From the NCBI GenBank assembly GCA_951406725.2, contig OX597839.1:30380001-30444000 (forward strand): a stretch of DNA of 64,000 nucleotides. Reading direction: 5' to 3'. This document shows positions 12,891-26,290 of the stretch, one piece after another. The notes under the pieces were generated by a model. The model searched no databases. It was not told the origin of the DNA and saw only the letters and a program-made list of their open reading frames with translations. Both the position numbers and the translations under genes were made by a program. Each line of letters begins with the position of its first letter. Position 1 is the first letter of the stretch. Source of the DNA: Octopus vulgaris. Taxonomy: Eukaryota.

Positions 12891-14071
12891 CAATTTCAAA
12901 GGTCCTCAATAGTAGTAGTACGGGGCATGTGCTGTAACAGCATGTTACTGCATCCACCATTTGTTGTGAGTCCCTCCTCCTCCTGGTGGATTACACCTCT
13001 GCACCACTGATGTGACGACCCTCCAACTTATGGGTCTGTTTGGAGTAATCATTGTTGGTGAGGGTTTTTTATGAGGTTGGAGTGCAAATGCTGCCTCAAC
13101 CTCTTTTAGTTGCCTTTTATGACACACAAAGAAAATGTTGGGTCTATTCTTTGTCATAACCCATCGCAACTACACTAAGGCGTATATGAGATATTACAGA
13201 TTTTATGAATTCAAACAGTGGTACTGTGCTACCATTGATGTAAAAATATACTGGAATGGCATGGTGGGGAGCCAAAGTGCCAATGAGGGTTGCAAAAGTT
13301 TTAAGAAGGACACTTCATTTTCTCTTTGATGTTGGTCTTCTTTGTTGTTTGATGAAGAACAAGTCAGAACAAGAGAAACTTAGACCACTTTTGAAAGTTT
13401 ACTGAAAGACTTTAACTCATTATTTACTGTCTGTTACCATTTCTGAAGAACTGAGAATGGGACCTGAGTTTGGTAACTGGATTCTTCATGAACAGAAAGA
13501 TGGCAATCACAAAGAACATGTCAACATGTCAGCATCTGTCTGTCTGTCATTATTTAAATGTCACTGAATGATGACAGTGATGTGGTGGTAGGAGAGAGTT
13601 GAACTTGCAGCTGTAGAGTGGAGTGTCTCCCTACAGATCAAGGTAATAATAATGATGCTGATGATGATGATAAAAATATTAATGATGATGATGATGATGA
13701 TAAGAAACACCAGCAGTGATTAGATTGTCAGAGGTAAATAACCTGATGGCTGGCTGTTCTTTACAGAATGGATGGGGGGGGGGGGGTTAATATCTGAAGA
13801 AAATTGGGTGAGTCAGACATTCAATAAACAGACACCAGACACCATTTTTTTCTCAGTTTCTTTTAATGTGTAAATAACTTTATCATCCACTGACCACCAT
13901 CACCAGCATCACCATCATAGGTATAAAAAAAAATTTACACATATGAATCATCATCATTGCCTCCAACATCATTGAGAGGGAGAGAGAGGGAGAGAGAAAG
14001 AAGGGGAGGGTGAAGCTTTTTACTGATCCATCAACCTAAACAGCCAATTAAGCCAATGAGGAAGCCTTGAC

Positions 14072-14485
14072 CTTTTACTTGTTCCAGTCATTAGACTATG
14101 GCCATGCTGGAGCACTGCCTTGACGAATTTTTTAGTCCAATGAATTGACCCCAGGGCTAATTTTGGATGGATTGAGTGAAATTCCTTCACAAAATTAGCC
14201 CCTTTTGATTTTGCTCAGATTCTTTCCAGTTTTAGTGCATCAATGCTTTTTAAAGCCCGGTACTCATTGCATTCATCTCTTTGATCAAACTGCTAAGTTA
14301 CAAGGATGTAAACACACCAACACCAGTTGTCAAGTACTGAAGGGACACACACACACAACAGGCTTCTTTCAGTTTATCAGCCCAAGGCTGTGGTAGAAAA
14401 CACTTGCCCAAGATGCCATGCAGTGAGACTGAACCCAGAACCATGTGGTTGGGAAGCAAGCTTCTTACCTTCACAGCCATACCTG
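14072..14485 (-). mobile_element. SINE family B
   Basis: Reverse complement of family B head and tail. Confidence 0.75.
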
Positions 14486-15944
14486 TTAAAAATAACAGTT
14501 AAATTACTCTTAAATCACACTTAAACTTAGAAAATGGAAGGACATGATGGACACATGACAGAATGGTCACAGCTGGGTTGCTTTTGATCATAGGTGTGTT
14601 GAATGGGGTGGGGGCTGATCTGGGGTTACATAACAGCAACCCTTCCTCTCCCCCACTCCCCACCTCTTTCACCATTTCTCTTTCTGCAACCACTCTCACT
14701 TCCTCCTCTTCCTTCCTCCCTCACTAAAACTGTCACACAAGGAGACCCACCGTAACTGCACCCCCTAAGATGCATCACCCCTAAAGTACAGCCACTGCAA
14801 CTCTTGTTGTCAGCATTTGGAGGGGAGGGGCCAGGAGAGGATGAGAGCAGAATGTTGTGAGGTGCATTCAAGGCCGCCGTCGCCGCTATGGAGGTGTGTA
14901 CTTTAACATCTACACTATATTACACTGTAGTGGTAGAGACTGCAGCCAAGACAATACTGAACTGAAGTGATGGTAACCATGACAACACACAAACAGGCTT
15001 AAAACTATTAATACATCAATTTTCTTTAAATATATTTAAAAACAAACAACAGCAACAACTCTTCACACATTCAAGCTTTTCTGACATGTGTGTGTGTGTA
15101 TAGTTACACACACACACACACACACACGTTCACACACACATTTTTCTTTATTTCAATCTGTCAACAGCCAGCTCTCATTCTTTCAGTTTCTTTCATCTTA
15201 ACTCCCACTCATCATTTCCATCATTTACAGCCACACACACACACACACACACAGAGGCACTTACATGCAAGTAGAGGTCGTCTGTAAGGGTTGCTCACTC
15301 TGTTAGAAATACCAGTCACATTTCTTTAACCCTTTAATACAGATTACTCTATCAAATATAATGTATGATTATTTACACCATTTTGAATTCATCATGCACT
15401 CTCTTGTGGTTCAGAGATTTCGATGTTGTGACAACTGCAATTATTGATGTCCACTGTGAAGGACACTCCCTTTCAAAAGGTATGGTATATTGAACTACAT
15501 CCACTCCACTAGATGGCATTCAGAGGAACTATACAGAGCTCCCCTCAAACAACTTCAAAAGACAGTATTGTCAACATCTGTACTGTTTAGGTCCAGAGAG
15601 GGGATTCCACTTTTCCATTTTATTTGAAATTTTAGTAATTAGGAACATAACATTTACTATAAACATGGAGTGTTGTCGACAAGGTCCCTTCGCATTCCAG
15701 TGAGACACAGAACTATTCCCTCTGACTGTCAGAACAGTTACACATCTTAAAACAGCTTGCAGTAACCTTTGAAGAAATCTGAAATTATTTCCTTTAATCC
15801 TTAAAGATAAATCTTAGTTTTGGCTCTGTTCCAATTAAACAAGCCAGAAAATAATTCCACAGAGAATGAAGGAATTATCTCCTTACTAATTAAAATTAAA
15901 AATGAATTAAAAGTTGATTCCTTTGCAATTACCTCACCGTGCTA

Positions 15945-16345
15945 AAAAGTTTGCTTCTCCATCACATGGTTCTGGGTTCAGTCCCCCTGTGTGGCACCTT
16001 GGGCAAGTGTCTTCTACTATAGCCTCGGGCTGACCAATGCCTTGAGTGGATTTGGTAGTGCTAGGTGGAAACTGAAAGAAGCCCAGGTGTGTATGTGTGT
16101 GGAAAGAGAGTGTATGTGTGTCTGTTTCTTTCTGTTTGTATTTGTCCCCCCACCACCACTGCTTGACAACCAGTGTTGGTATGTTTATGTCCCTGTAACT
16201 TAGCAGTTCAGTGAAAGAGACTGATAGAATAAATACCAGACTGAAAAATACAAAAAAAAGGACTGGGGCAGTTTAAGTGAACTAAAAATTCTTCTTGGTA
16301 GTGCTCCAGCATGGCCAAAGTTTAATGATGGAAACAAGTAAAAGA
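15945..16345 (+). mobile_element. SINE family B
   Basis: Head, (TG) microsatellite and tail in order. Confidence 0.8.
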
Positions 16346-17498
16346 GAGAAAGTAAAAAAAGAAGTTTGCTTTACAGCCTTGTGGCTTCAGGTTCAATCCC
16401 ACTGCATGGCCTTCTGACCAAATCTGGCAGACAAAAAGTGTGTGCGTGTGTTTGTTTGTTTAGGCTTCCATAACTGAGTGTTTCAGCAAAAAGAGTGACA
16501 AAACCCTTTCAGGCAGTGCCCCAGCATGGCCACAATCCAATGACTGAATCAAGTAAAAGAATTTAAAAAATAAATCAAACTTTTGCCAAATGCTTTCTCA
16601 GGTTGTGCAAGGAAAAAAAACAAACTTTTCTTTGAACTTATATTCTGCACACAAAGTCAATGCTTTTTTCTTTCTTTCTTTCCTTCTTGTGTGTGTGTGT
16701 GTGTGTGTATAAAACAAACATTGACACACACACACATTCACATGGCAGGAAAAACATGAAATAGGAGACTGGCAAAAGAGAAAGAGAGGGAGAAGAGAGA
16801 AAGAGTGAGAGGAGAGAATAAAGACAAGGAGGATGAAAGAATGAGAGGCAGAGAGAAAGAAGGGGGGGAGGCTAATCTGCTATGGTTGAATGACTCAGTT
16901 GGTGAGGCCAGTCTTAATCACTGTGGTTGCTTGTCCTTGCATCTACTCCCCTCTCCCATTGAGACCCCCCTCACTACTCTGACCTCTACACAACACCTCA
17001 CCGCCCCCTCATGCCTATCAACCTATTCATTTCCTTGGGTCAGTCTCCTTAATATTTCTGTTGGTCAGAGAGAATAAAACATGGTTTTGTCTGTTTAATT
17101 TTAGCCACTGCTGAGTGGAGAAAGTAGCTGGACAACTAAACTACAATTAACTGATGGTCAACTGTAAATTAAGAGAGGTCACTACTAAGTTTGTGCCTGT
17201 GTAATTAATTTTCTTTATATTTGGTTGAAATCCTTCCATGCCACCAACTGAAACGGTCAAAGTCAGCTGAACTTTAACTTCACCCCAGCCTGCTATGAGG
17301 GAATTAGCTCTTTAGATTCCTAGTTCAAATCCTAGAGGGATATACTTCATCTTTTCATTTTCATGGGGTTGACAAAATACACAATACCAGTAAAATACTG
17401 GGGTATGATCTGGTCAATTTTATAGATGCAAACATGGCTTTCTTTCTCTTGGTATGTTTACATCCCTGTATAGATGCACACAGCCACATGTATTAGAA

Positions 17499-17838
17499 CT
17501 GATTCCCAACCTGTGGTTCACAAAGATAGTGCTGGGGGGGGGGGGGTCTGTGAACTAAATTCAAAATTTCCATATATATAGACACACACACACACACACA
17601 AGGAAAAGAATATCTATTTCTTTACTACCCACAAGGGGCTAAACACAGAGGACTAACAAGGACAGAAAAATGGATTAAGTCGATTATATCGGTCCCAGTG
17701 GGTAACTGGTACTTAATTTATCGACCCCGAAAGGATGAAAGGTAAAGTCAACCTCGGCAGAATTTGAACTTGTGCGTCTGTGGGAAAACTTATTTAAATA
17801 AATGGGGTCCTTGGTAGTGAAAAGGTTGGGAACAACTG
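17499..17838. mobile_element. hAT MITE containing a nested SINE family A fragment (about 17601-17771, minus)
   Basis: TIRs ctgattcccaacc...ggttgggaacaactg; 8-bp TSD tattagaa (17491-17498, 17839-17846). Confidence 0.75.
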
Positions 17839-19499
17839 TATTAGAAACACACACATATTTACATGGAGCATAAAAAGATGAGAACTCTTTTCTTAATATT
17901 TTGTATTTTTCATGTTCCATGTAAGTATATTTGTGTAATCAGTGAGTAATTCATGAGACCAAACAGAAACACACTTCAGAGCAGTCGTAGTTAAAAAGTG
18001 AATGTAGATATGTCTGCCTGTCTGTGTTTATCTATCTGCATTACTACTACCCTAGGGACACATCTAAATTATATACACCCTGAGCCAGTGTTATGTTGAG
18101 GTGAAGGCCTGAAGAAATATGAATGAACTCACATTTTGGTACATGCTGCAGACAGGTGGTTAAAAAATGCACCTCACAATCCCCTGGTCTTCGGTTCAAT
18201 CACCAGCCAAATATCTACTTTAGCTTCAGTGAAATTAGGCAAACAGAAATTAAGCAGAAGTTCATTAGCTTGTTCTTGTGATGATGTAGTGGATTTCATC
18301 CATTGCCCAGTTTCATCTGGCCTTTGCTTTTAATAAGGCCTCCTCTAATTGATAACACCAGAAATAACAGCCAAATATCCCTTACATCACATTGAGTAAT
18401 GTAGTGTTGAATGTATGATATGATGGCCACGGTTGGAATACTTTGACCTGGTTCTAAACAACAACAAGGACAAAGCACAAGCTGTGGCTCCTTTGTCACT
18501 TTTTTCTCTCAGCAGGAAGTCCAGGCAGAGTCACCCCACTTCTGCCCCTCCCTTCTGAATAAATGTGGGTATATCAATTTCACTCCTGACCACCCCCACT
18601 AGATAATGGGTTGGACCACAAATCAGCAACAATGCCAAGAATGATGACAATGTTCTAGCTTCAATTACACTCCCCCTCCTCCTCCTCCTCTCTTATCAGC
18701 ACAAAACACCTCAGCTACTCTCTGCCCCAAAACTGTATTTGTGACTTGGTAGAGCACCACACTATGCACTTGGCTCTATTTCTTCTTTTGGTACCTTATG
18801 TTGGGAGTTCAAATTGCCCAGTTAATATACCAGGCATCTATGGATTTGTCCCTTAAAATTACTGGCTTGGACCCAAATTACAAACCACCACCACCACCAT
18901 TATGCAGGAATAATAGCTGTATATTTTTGAAAGAATGGGATGTTGTGACGATCATGCCTTTCCAACATACATTGGAAAAGCAGAGACTGGATAAGAATTG
19001 ATAATGACATAAGCAGAACACCAGATCCCAGACACCTGTGTGTGTGTGTGTGCGCATGTGTGTGTTAGTGAGTGTGTGTGATTATGAGTATGGGTGTAAG
19101 TGTGTGTAGTATGCATGTGTGAGTATGTGTCTTGTGTATGTGTGTAAGTGTCAGTGTGTGTAGTGTGTGAGTGTATGTCTGTCTTATGTATGTTAGTGTG
19201 TGTGTGTGTGTGTCTGTATGTATATATGTCTGTGTGTCTAACAGTGAATGCTCTAAATACCAAACAGTCAGTTGTTAGTGTGACCACACTTAGGTTAAGT
19301 TGGTGCTGGGATTGTCACACCACCATGACCACTACTGCAGACACCACCACAAGTTAACAGCCAGTTCTTTTTTGTTCTTTATGCTTTGTAGATGGTTACA
19401 GCCCCCCCCCCCCACCTCCATACAAACATCTAAAGCCTCTATGTGGTTTCTTGACCTGCTAAAAACATCACTCAAATCTCATTCAGATCATGTTTCTTC

Positions 19500-19798
19500 C
19501 TCCTTGAGCCATGCCTGGCTCATAAGGGCCGGTTTCCCCGCCCCCCGGTTTCATTGGCATATAGGTTCCCCACCTGGACAGGACACCAGTCCATTGCTGG
19601 TAAGCTGTTAGATGCAGGAGGAAAGAGTGAGAGAAAGTTGTGGTGAAAGAGTCAGCAGAAGTTTGCCATTATCTTCTGCCTGAGCAGCGTGGAGATTGTT
19701 TCACTCATAAACACACACATCGCCTGGTCTGAGATTTGAACCTGTGAACCCATGACCGTGAGTCCTCAGTTCTAACTACTAGGCCATGTGCCTCCACC
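19500..19798 (-). mobile_element. SINE family C (head and body)
   Basis: Minus-strand head gtggaggcacatggcctagtagttagaactgaggactc...ggttcaaatc matches the 41297 head; different 3' part. Confidence 0.7.
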
Positions 19799-20276
19799 CT
19801 TCAAATAATACCCCATTCCATATTTAAAAAAAGGAAAGATGTGTTGTGTGATGTAGTCCTAGATACACTATGAAGAAGAACAAAAGACAAGATGGTCATG
19901 GTTGGAACACACATAACTACAGATATGCTCAATCTGCACCAATAACACCAATAACAAGGTATGTGGTTTCAGGGTCCCTACTTTACAATAACAGTTGGGA
20001 AGGGATACTTGTGGTGGCTGAGATGGTAAAGTGTTAGTTGGCCAGTCTACAGGACAATGGTTCTGATCCCAGTGTGGACACACTGCAGTGTAGTTAATTC
20101 CAGAACAATTATGTTATGTTAATCAGAGGTGTGTGGCATGTCTGGGACCACGAGGGTGGTTGCCCTGGGTACAAAATTTCACAAGAAAAAGGAATAAAGT
20201 AGTACTAAATAAATAAATTCTAGCGCCCCAGGTGCTGGCAAGCCTCAGTACACCCTGCCATTGACATTAATGTTAA

Positions 20277-20480
20277 GGTGGTGAGCTGACAGAATCGTTA
20301 GCTGGATGGTCAAACTTAGCGGTTCAAACTCCACAGAGGCTGACTTTGCCTTTCATCCTTTCAGGGTTGATAAATTAATCCCCAGTAAAACACTGGAGTC
20401 GATGTAATCGACTGGTCCCCTCCCACCAAATTTCAGGCCATGTGCCTATAGTAGAAAGGATTATTATTATTATTATTATT
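20277..20480 (+). mobile_element. SINE family A
   Basis: Head, central block and (TTA)n tail. Confidence 0.8.
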
Positions 20481-21070
20481 TTCTCTACTGAAGTTAAACT
20501 TTGTAAGAAGGAACTGTATTTTAATGTGAGAGTATCAGGAAGCCATTGCAAATGAGATATGGCAGTAATCTTAGCTTATCTTGGATTAACCAATAATCCA
20601 TTGGAAATGATTCAGGTCAGATCATTTGAGAGGTATTTAGGGTATTTGGCAACAACAATAAATATAAATAAAAAGAAAGTAAAAATTCCTAAGATTCACA
20701 GAAAATATATTTGAAATAATTCCAGTAAAATGAAAATTCTGTGGATGAATCGAAAGACATCTTTTAATTAGAACAAATACAACAGAAACGGGGAGTCTGA
20801 GAGTTCAAAACAAAGGCAAAGCATATTCTGGAAGAATGATGTGAAGAAATGGTTTGGAATCTCTTTTTTTATTATTATTATTATTGGTTTGGTTTGGAGG
20901 AAAGGATTGTGTCTGTGGCCTTTGCAGACACTCTGATTGCTGCTGGAAATGTTTGAACCTGAATGTCAATAAAGGACTGCATCGCTAAAGAATAGGCATG
21001 ACATATTGATCAATGCAGCTGAGATGACATTTGAAAATGGCAACAAAGGCAGCAGAGAAACAGGACTTAC

Positions 21071-21137
21071 CAAAGCACTGCTGGTTTTGGAATTTGCAGA
21101 ATTTTGCCCATTCATCTGTGGTTCTTTACGGGTGCGG
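21071..21137 (-). CDS. Internal coding exon (67 nt, phase 2 to 0): RTRKEPQMNGQNSANSKTSSAL
   Basis: Acceptor catttcctctttcttctttccag and donor TTG|gtaagt; only one frame is open and it joins the 8980 exon in frame. Confidence 0.75.
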
Positions 21138-22579
21138 CTGGAAAGAAGAAAGAGGAAATGTTATTACAAGAGATCATCACAATTCGCTTTTGAGTCGGTC
21201 TGCTGCTAGAACGGCTACCACTGGATGTTGGTAGTTCCTTGGGAAAAACATTGCTCCTCTTGTTTTTCAAGAATCTACCAATATACATGGCACCTGCATT
21301 TTAATTTCTTGGATTCCTGCTGTTTTTGCCTTTAAACTTTGCACCAACTCAACAGTGCCGTGAAGAGAAAGCTCGATGTAGTTAGACTATCTGATAAAAA
21401 TAGCAGCAAAAAACCCCTTTTCTTCATCATCATCAGCAGCACCACCACCACCACCACCACCACCAGTAGTAGTAGTGGCAGCAGCAGTAGAAGTAGAGTC
21501 TATTGGCTTTAATAGAATAGATTCTATTCTATTCTATTAATCTGTTAAACGCATTATCCTGCAGCTATGACATCTTGATGAGGTAACTGTTCACTTTTAG
21601 AATGATATTGTAGGGTTGGTGAGAGGGGCCAGATCAGACCAGTTTAAATGTAAAACAGGATATTTTGGTTGGAAACGGGGTCTGGTTCAAATGCTAAAAG
21701 GATTAAGCCAAGAGGGGATAATCTTTGTGATGTTAGACAGAAGTAACAGATTCAGGTGGTTGATGGTTTATTAACGATGCAAGGGAGATATCGGTGGAGG
21801 TTAAGAATTCAGTTGACCTCTTTAATGCCAATCCTCACCTGACATCTTCACTTGTTCTTTGTGTGTCAAACAACAATTACAACAATTTTCAAAATATTTT
21901 AATTTTAATTAAAACTGTCCATAATTTTACAGAAGATATGTGAAATAAATATCAGAGCTGCTTTGCCCCAAAAGGGCCAGAGCTCCTCAGAGGTTTTGCA
22001 AGCTCTCTTAAATCCATTGCAATGTTGGAAACCCTTCCGTATCGTCAACAAATATTTCAGGGTCACAAGCGTTATGTGCCTTATCCTGTGCCCTTTGCCT
22101 AAGTGAGGCAGTGAGAACTCAACTAGTCTTCAGCTACAGAAGGGTTCCACTTGCGATTGCTTATCAACCATAGCCATTTTCAGGTAGTTTCTGCAATCAA
22201 GAAATTATGATGCAAATACCAGCTCAGCCATTGAAAGGCTAAACAGTTCACCAAATCTCGACTGCTTGGATTATTTCTGAAAACAATCTAAATACACTGG
22301 CAAAGGGATTCCGTTAGGGTTAAAAAAAAAAGAGAGAGAGAGAGAGAGAATAGTGAAGAAATGGTTGAAGTAGGTCGATAATTCTATGGAATTTGAGAGA
22401 AAGAATGACGGAAGAGTTCAAAGTTGAAAGTAATTTATGAAATGGTGGCCTGGAAAAACAAGACATCAATCGAGTCAACACAATGTTTGCTGTTTACTCT
22501 GAAGTGGTTTTATTGACAACTACAATGCTTTTGTAATAATTATAAACATGAAATGAGTGCTGCTTGTAAAAGTGTGCGT

Positions 22580-22613
<34 letters not shown>

Positions 22614-22761
22614 AGATATACTTTTTAAACGTGAAATTTTGAAAACCCATTAAAAAAATAGAACAGTTTATTGTTGCATGTCCAACATAAGTGGTTTATT
22701 ACTCACAAATTAACAACTCAAGTTACATCAAAACTATAAACATCATCATCACGCGTACATC

Positions 22762-22792
<31 letters not shown>

Positions 22793-22907
22793 ACATTCTT
22801 CCACCCACACATGCTGATAAGTGTGAATGGTCAACCACACTGACCATGGTACTTAAGTGCCATCCTATCCATGAATCTCACACATGTACAGAAACACACA
22901 CACACAC

Positions 22908-23032
22908 CTGCGCACCTCTGTTCTTCCAACTGAACTACAGGTGCTTTCACCTGTACAGATTAAGGTAGGGTTCCTACAGTTGCTTTCAATGCGTTTTATC
23001 TGGCCAACCACATTGCTAGCTTTGCAATTCAT
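22908..23032 (-). CDS. Candidate alternative first coding segment MNCKASNVVGQIKRIESNCRNPTLICTGESTCSSVGRTEVR (exon 23079-22908)
   Basis: Acceptor acttttcag at 23080, in-frame TAA upstream of ATG 23032, 125 nt to donor CAG|gtgtgt gives phase 2, matching the 21137 exon; donor is weaker than consensus. Confidence 0.5.
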
Positions 23033-23728
23033 CCCAGGCTCCGTGTTACAATACAATTGTTATCGGTAGAGGTGGTCCTCTGAAAAGTGTTTGGATAGGT
23101 TTACCACTAAAACTCCCACTAAAACTGTAAGGGATTTTATGCTTTATTTCTGAATCCCTTATTTACTCTAAAAACTCTGCAATTATGTTCGATTTATAAA
23201 TTACATACTCTAAAGTGATACCACAAGTTTTTGCTTTGCTTGTTCATTTTTTCTTTCTTTCTTTCTTTCTTTCTTTCTAGATGGCCAGAGATAGATGTGA
23301 ATGTTGAATTTGACTGGTGATATCTGTTTATTATGAACTTTGGACGTATTTGTGTGAGGGAAGTAAAAGACTTTTTCAAATTTTTTTTTTCATTTTTTAA
23401 AATAATTTTAAAAAAGTATTTTAATTGTCTGATAAAATCTTTTTAGTCAGTGGACACCTATTTTATTTTTATTTTTATCATTTTATATTGTCCATTAGGC
23501 GTTTTGATAGTTTTGAATTTTTAGTCATTATATTTTACTTTTTATAAGCTGTTCTATTTGTATTTTATTAGAATATATATTTTTTTACATTCTGTGATTT
23601 TATGTATACGTATTATTTTTTTATGTGTTTGTAGACCATGGTGTTTTTTTATACATGATTAAATGTTAGTGGGGTGGTGTTGTATGTAAAGTTGTTGACC
23701 CAAATTTAATGTTCTATAACCAATGCTT

Positions 23729-23781
<53 letters not shown>

Positions 23782-23785
23782 CACA

Positions 23786-25328
23786 CTAGCAGAGATACCT
23801 GGTGTTGTCCATGTTACATGCAATTGAAGAATTAGAGTTTTCTGTTATATTTTCTCTAATGAACTAGAATACCTAAGTTTCGAATCTCATCAGATGAGGG
23901 TTCTCTCCCTCTTTACATACCCTAAAAAAAATTCTAATCATGATACATGTATCCCATACTGCTGATCTTTATGTGCAGATTCCAAAATTCCAGTCTTATG
24001 GAACCTGTTAAAAAGATTTTGCTCCTGAAAAATGGAGGTCATGGAGGTCTAAAATGTGGGAGTTAAGGCCCCTATTGGGGGTGGGTGTCTTCATGTCAAC
24101 CAAAGAAGTTGAATTATTGAGAATCTTTTTAACTTGGGTCTTATATCTATTGTTTGAATTTCTTTGAAATAGGAAATATATGTTCACTAGGCTTGTAAAA
24201 GAGAGCAAAGCTACAAGAAACCAAAAGACGAATGATCACAATAAGCAGTCAGCTACCCTACCCTAGTCGTTACCACTCCCAATGTAGGATTCCTCACCAT
24301 CCAGGTGACAGGCACAGCCGTAAGATGCATTACGGATCTATAGCAATTGGAAGGGCATGACCCAACTCAAACATTAACAACTGTGAGAAGTGAGGGCTAA
24401 GGGGAAATGAAAGTGTCACCTCTGGAGTTTGCAAATGACCACTATACTGATACGTAACTGGACAGAATAAATTTACAATCTATAAATGTCTTTGAATAAC
24501 CAGTCACTCATCTGGGAAGGCCTTGAAATCAATGTTACCAACTGGGGACTATGTGTGACCCAGTGATAATAAAAGACTGAAAGGAGGTCTGCAACCAAAT
24601 AACTTTACTCAGCACTTTGCAACTGAATCAGTGGAGGCAAAGATGCCTCTCATTTACTTGACAATTTATGTACCACACTGCAGAAGTCACAATCTAAGTA
24701 TATCTCAAAGCAAACTCTTACACTGTTGTACCATTGAATTACAAATAACACTTATCTTTTATGCTCAGGTAACCCTACAGCTTCCAAGAGCACAACTGTA
24801 TTCATCTTTGCTTAGATAAAATGACTAAATTGTGGGTGTTAAGTCCCCATGAAGGGGTCTTTCTAACTCGTAAGAAGATGAAATTTTATAAATATTACTT
24901 CATTTGTGTCTAATATCTATGGTTAAAATTTCATCAACAGCAAAAATAAATGAATTTTCATGGGGGTTATGGCCCTTATGCAGAGAATATAATTTCCAAA
25001 TTTCATAAAGATCCATTCAGTACTTTTGACCTAGTTTTTAATAATAAAAAATGACTAAAATTTGGGCGTTAAGGCCCCCATTAGTGGGTCTTAGAATCCT
25101 CATGAGAAGTGGAAACTTTGAGAATACTTCTTGGTGTGTGCCCATTACCCATGGTTAAAATTTCAGCAACATCGAAAATTATGAATTTTCATAGGGGTTC
25201 TGCCTCCTTTAAGCCATCTCAAATTCAAACCAAACATACTGCATTATACCCGTCCTTATGCATTGAATCTAAGTTCCAAATATAATAAGGATCCATTCAG
25301 TAATTTTGGTCCATTTTTATATAATAGA
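23786..25328 (-). mobile_element. Non-autonomous Helitron with internal subrepeats
   Basis: Minus strand A|TCTATTATATAAAAATGG...GGACAACACCAGGTATCTCTGCTAG|T: 5' TC, 3' CTAG, A/T target, no TSD; internal repeat near 24050, 24820 and 25050. Confidence 0.75.
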
Positions 25329-25444
25329 TATGAATATGCACATATACATACATGTATGTATGTGTGTATTATACACACACACATACAAAGATAGATACAA
25401 CTGAGTGGGCAAACAAAAATATGAGACACTGCCTAGTGCTTTTT

Positions 25445-25765
25445 TTTATTTTGATAAGCCTGGTACTTATTCTATCAGTTTCTTCTTATCAAACCAGTAA
25501 GTTTTGGGGATGTAAATAAACGAACAGCAGTTGTGAAGCAGTGATGAAGGAAAAACAGGGACAAAGAGACACATACACTTACATATATACATACATACAT
25601 ATATACGATTGATTTCTTTCAGTTTCTGTGTACAAAATCCACTGACAAGGCTTTGGTTGGTCTGAGGCTATAGCAGAAGACACATACCAAGTCACCACAC
25701 AGTAGGACTGAACCCAGGACCATGTGTTTTGGAACCAAGTTTCTTACCACACAGCCACACCTGCA
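25445..25765 (-). mobile_element. SINE family B
   Basis: Reverse complement of family B head and body. Confidence 0.75.
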
Positions 25766-25769
25766 ACTA

Positions 25770-25800
<31 letters not shown>

Positions 25801-25899
25801 ATGGGTGTATATATATGTATGCATGTATATGTGTATATCTATATATATACATCTACATATACATGTATACATATACATCCATATCTATATATACACATC

Positions 25900-25945
<46 letters not shown>

Positions 25946-26089
25946 TTTGTGCAGATGTATACATATATATATGTATGTATGCCTGTATAAATGTGAGATA
26001 GTAGTTTCACTTAAATAGTTACAGTATTAAAGTGAAAATATCTTGACATTACAATAGAGAGATGTTATTGTTTCACTTTTGACCCATAA

Positions 26090-26290
26090 TACTGAAATAG
26101 TGGAGAAGATATGATATTGCTCTGGGCTCGCACTAGGCAAGAAGTTAGAAATTTTTGCCCATGACACTACATGGACCCTAAGTAAAGCATGTGTAAAATT
26201 TGAATGAAATTGGTTGTGTAGTTCTCAAGTTTTAGGGATACACACAGACAGACATTCTCATCTTTATATATATATATATATATATATATT
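26090..26290 (-). mobile_element. Helitron-like 5' end fragment
   Basis: Minus strand (TA)n-aagatgagaatgtctgtctgtgtgtatccc, typical of non-autonomous Helitron 5' ends. Confidence 0.45.

Noticed and set aside
14750-14910. Open minus-strand segment VKVHTSIAATAALNAPHNILLSSSPGPSPP...
   Set aside because: Acceptor lacks a pyrimidine tract, donor is weak and its phase does not fit between the 21071 and 8980 exons
21140-21290. Coding-looking minus frame MYIGRFLKNKRSNVFPKELPTSSGSRSSSRPTQKR upstream of the 21137 exon
   Set aside because: Runs into the exon in the wrong frame (stops at TGA) and has no donor of suitable phase
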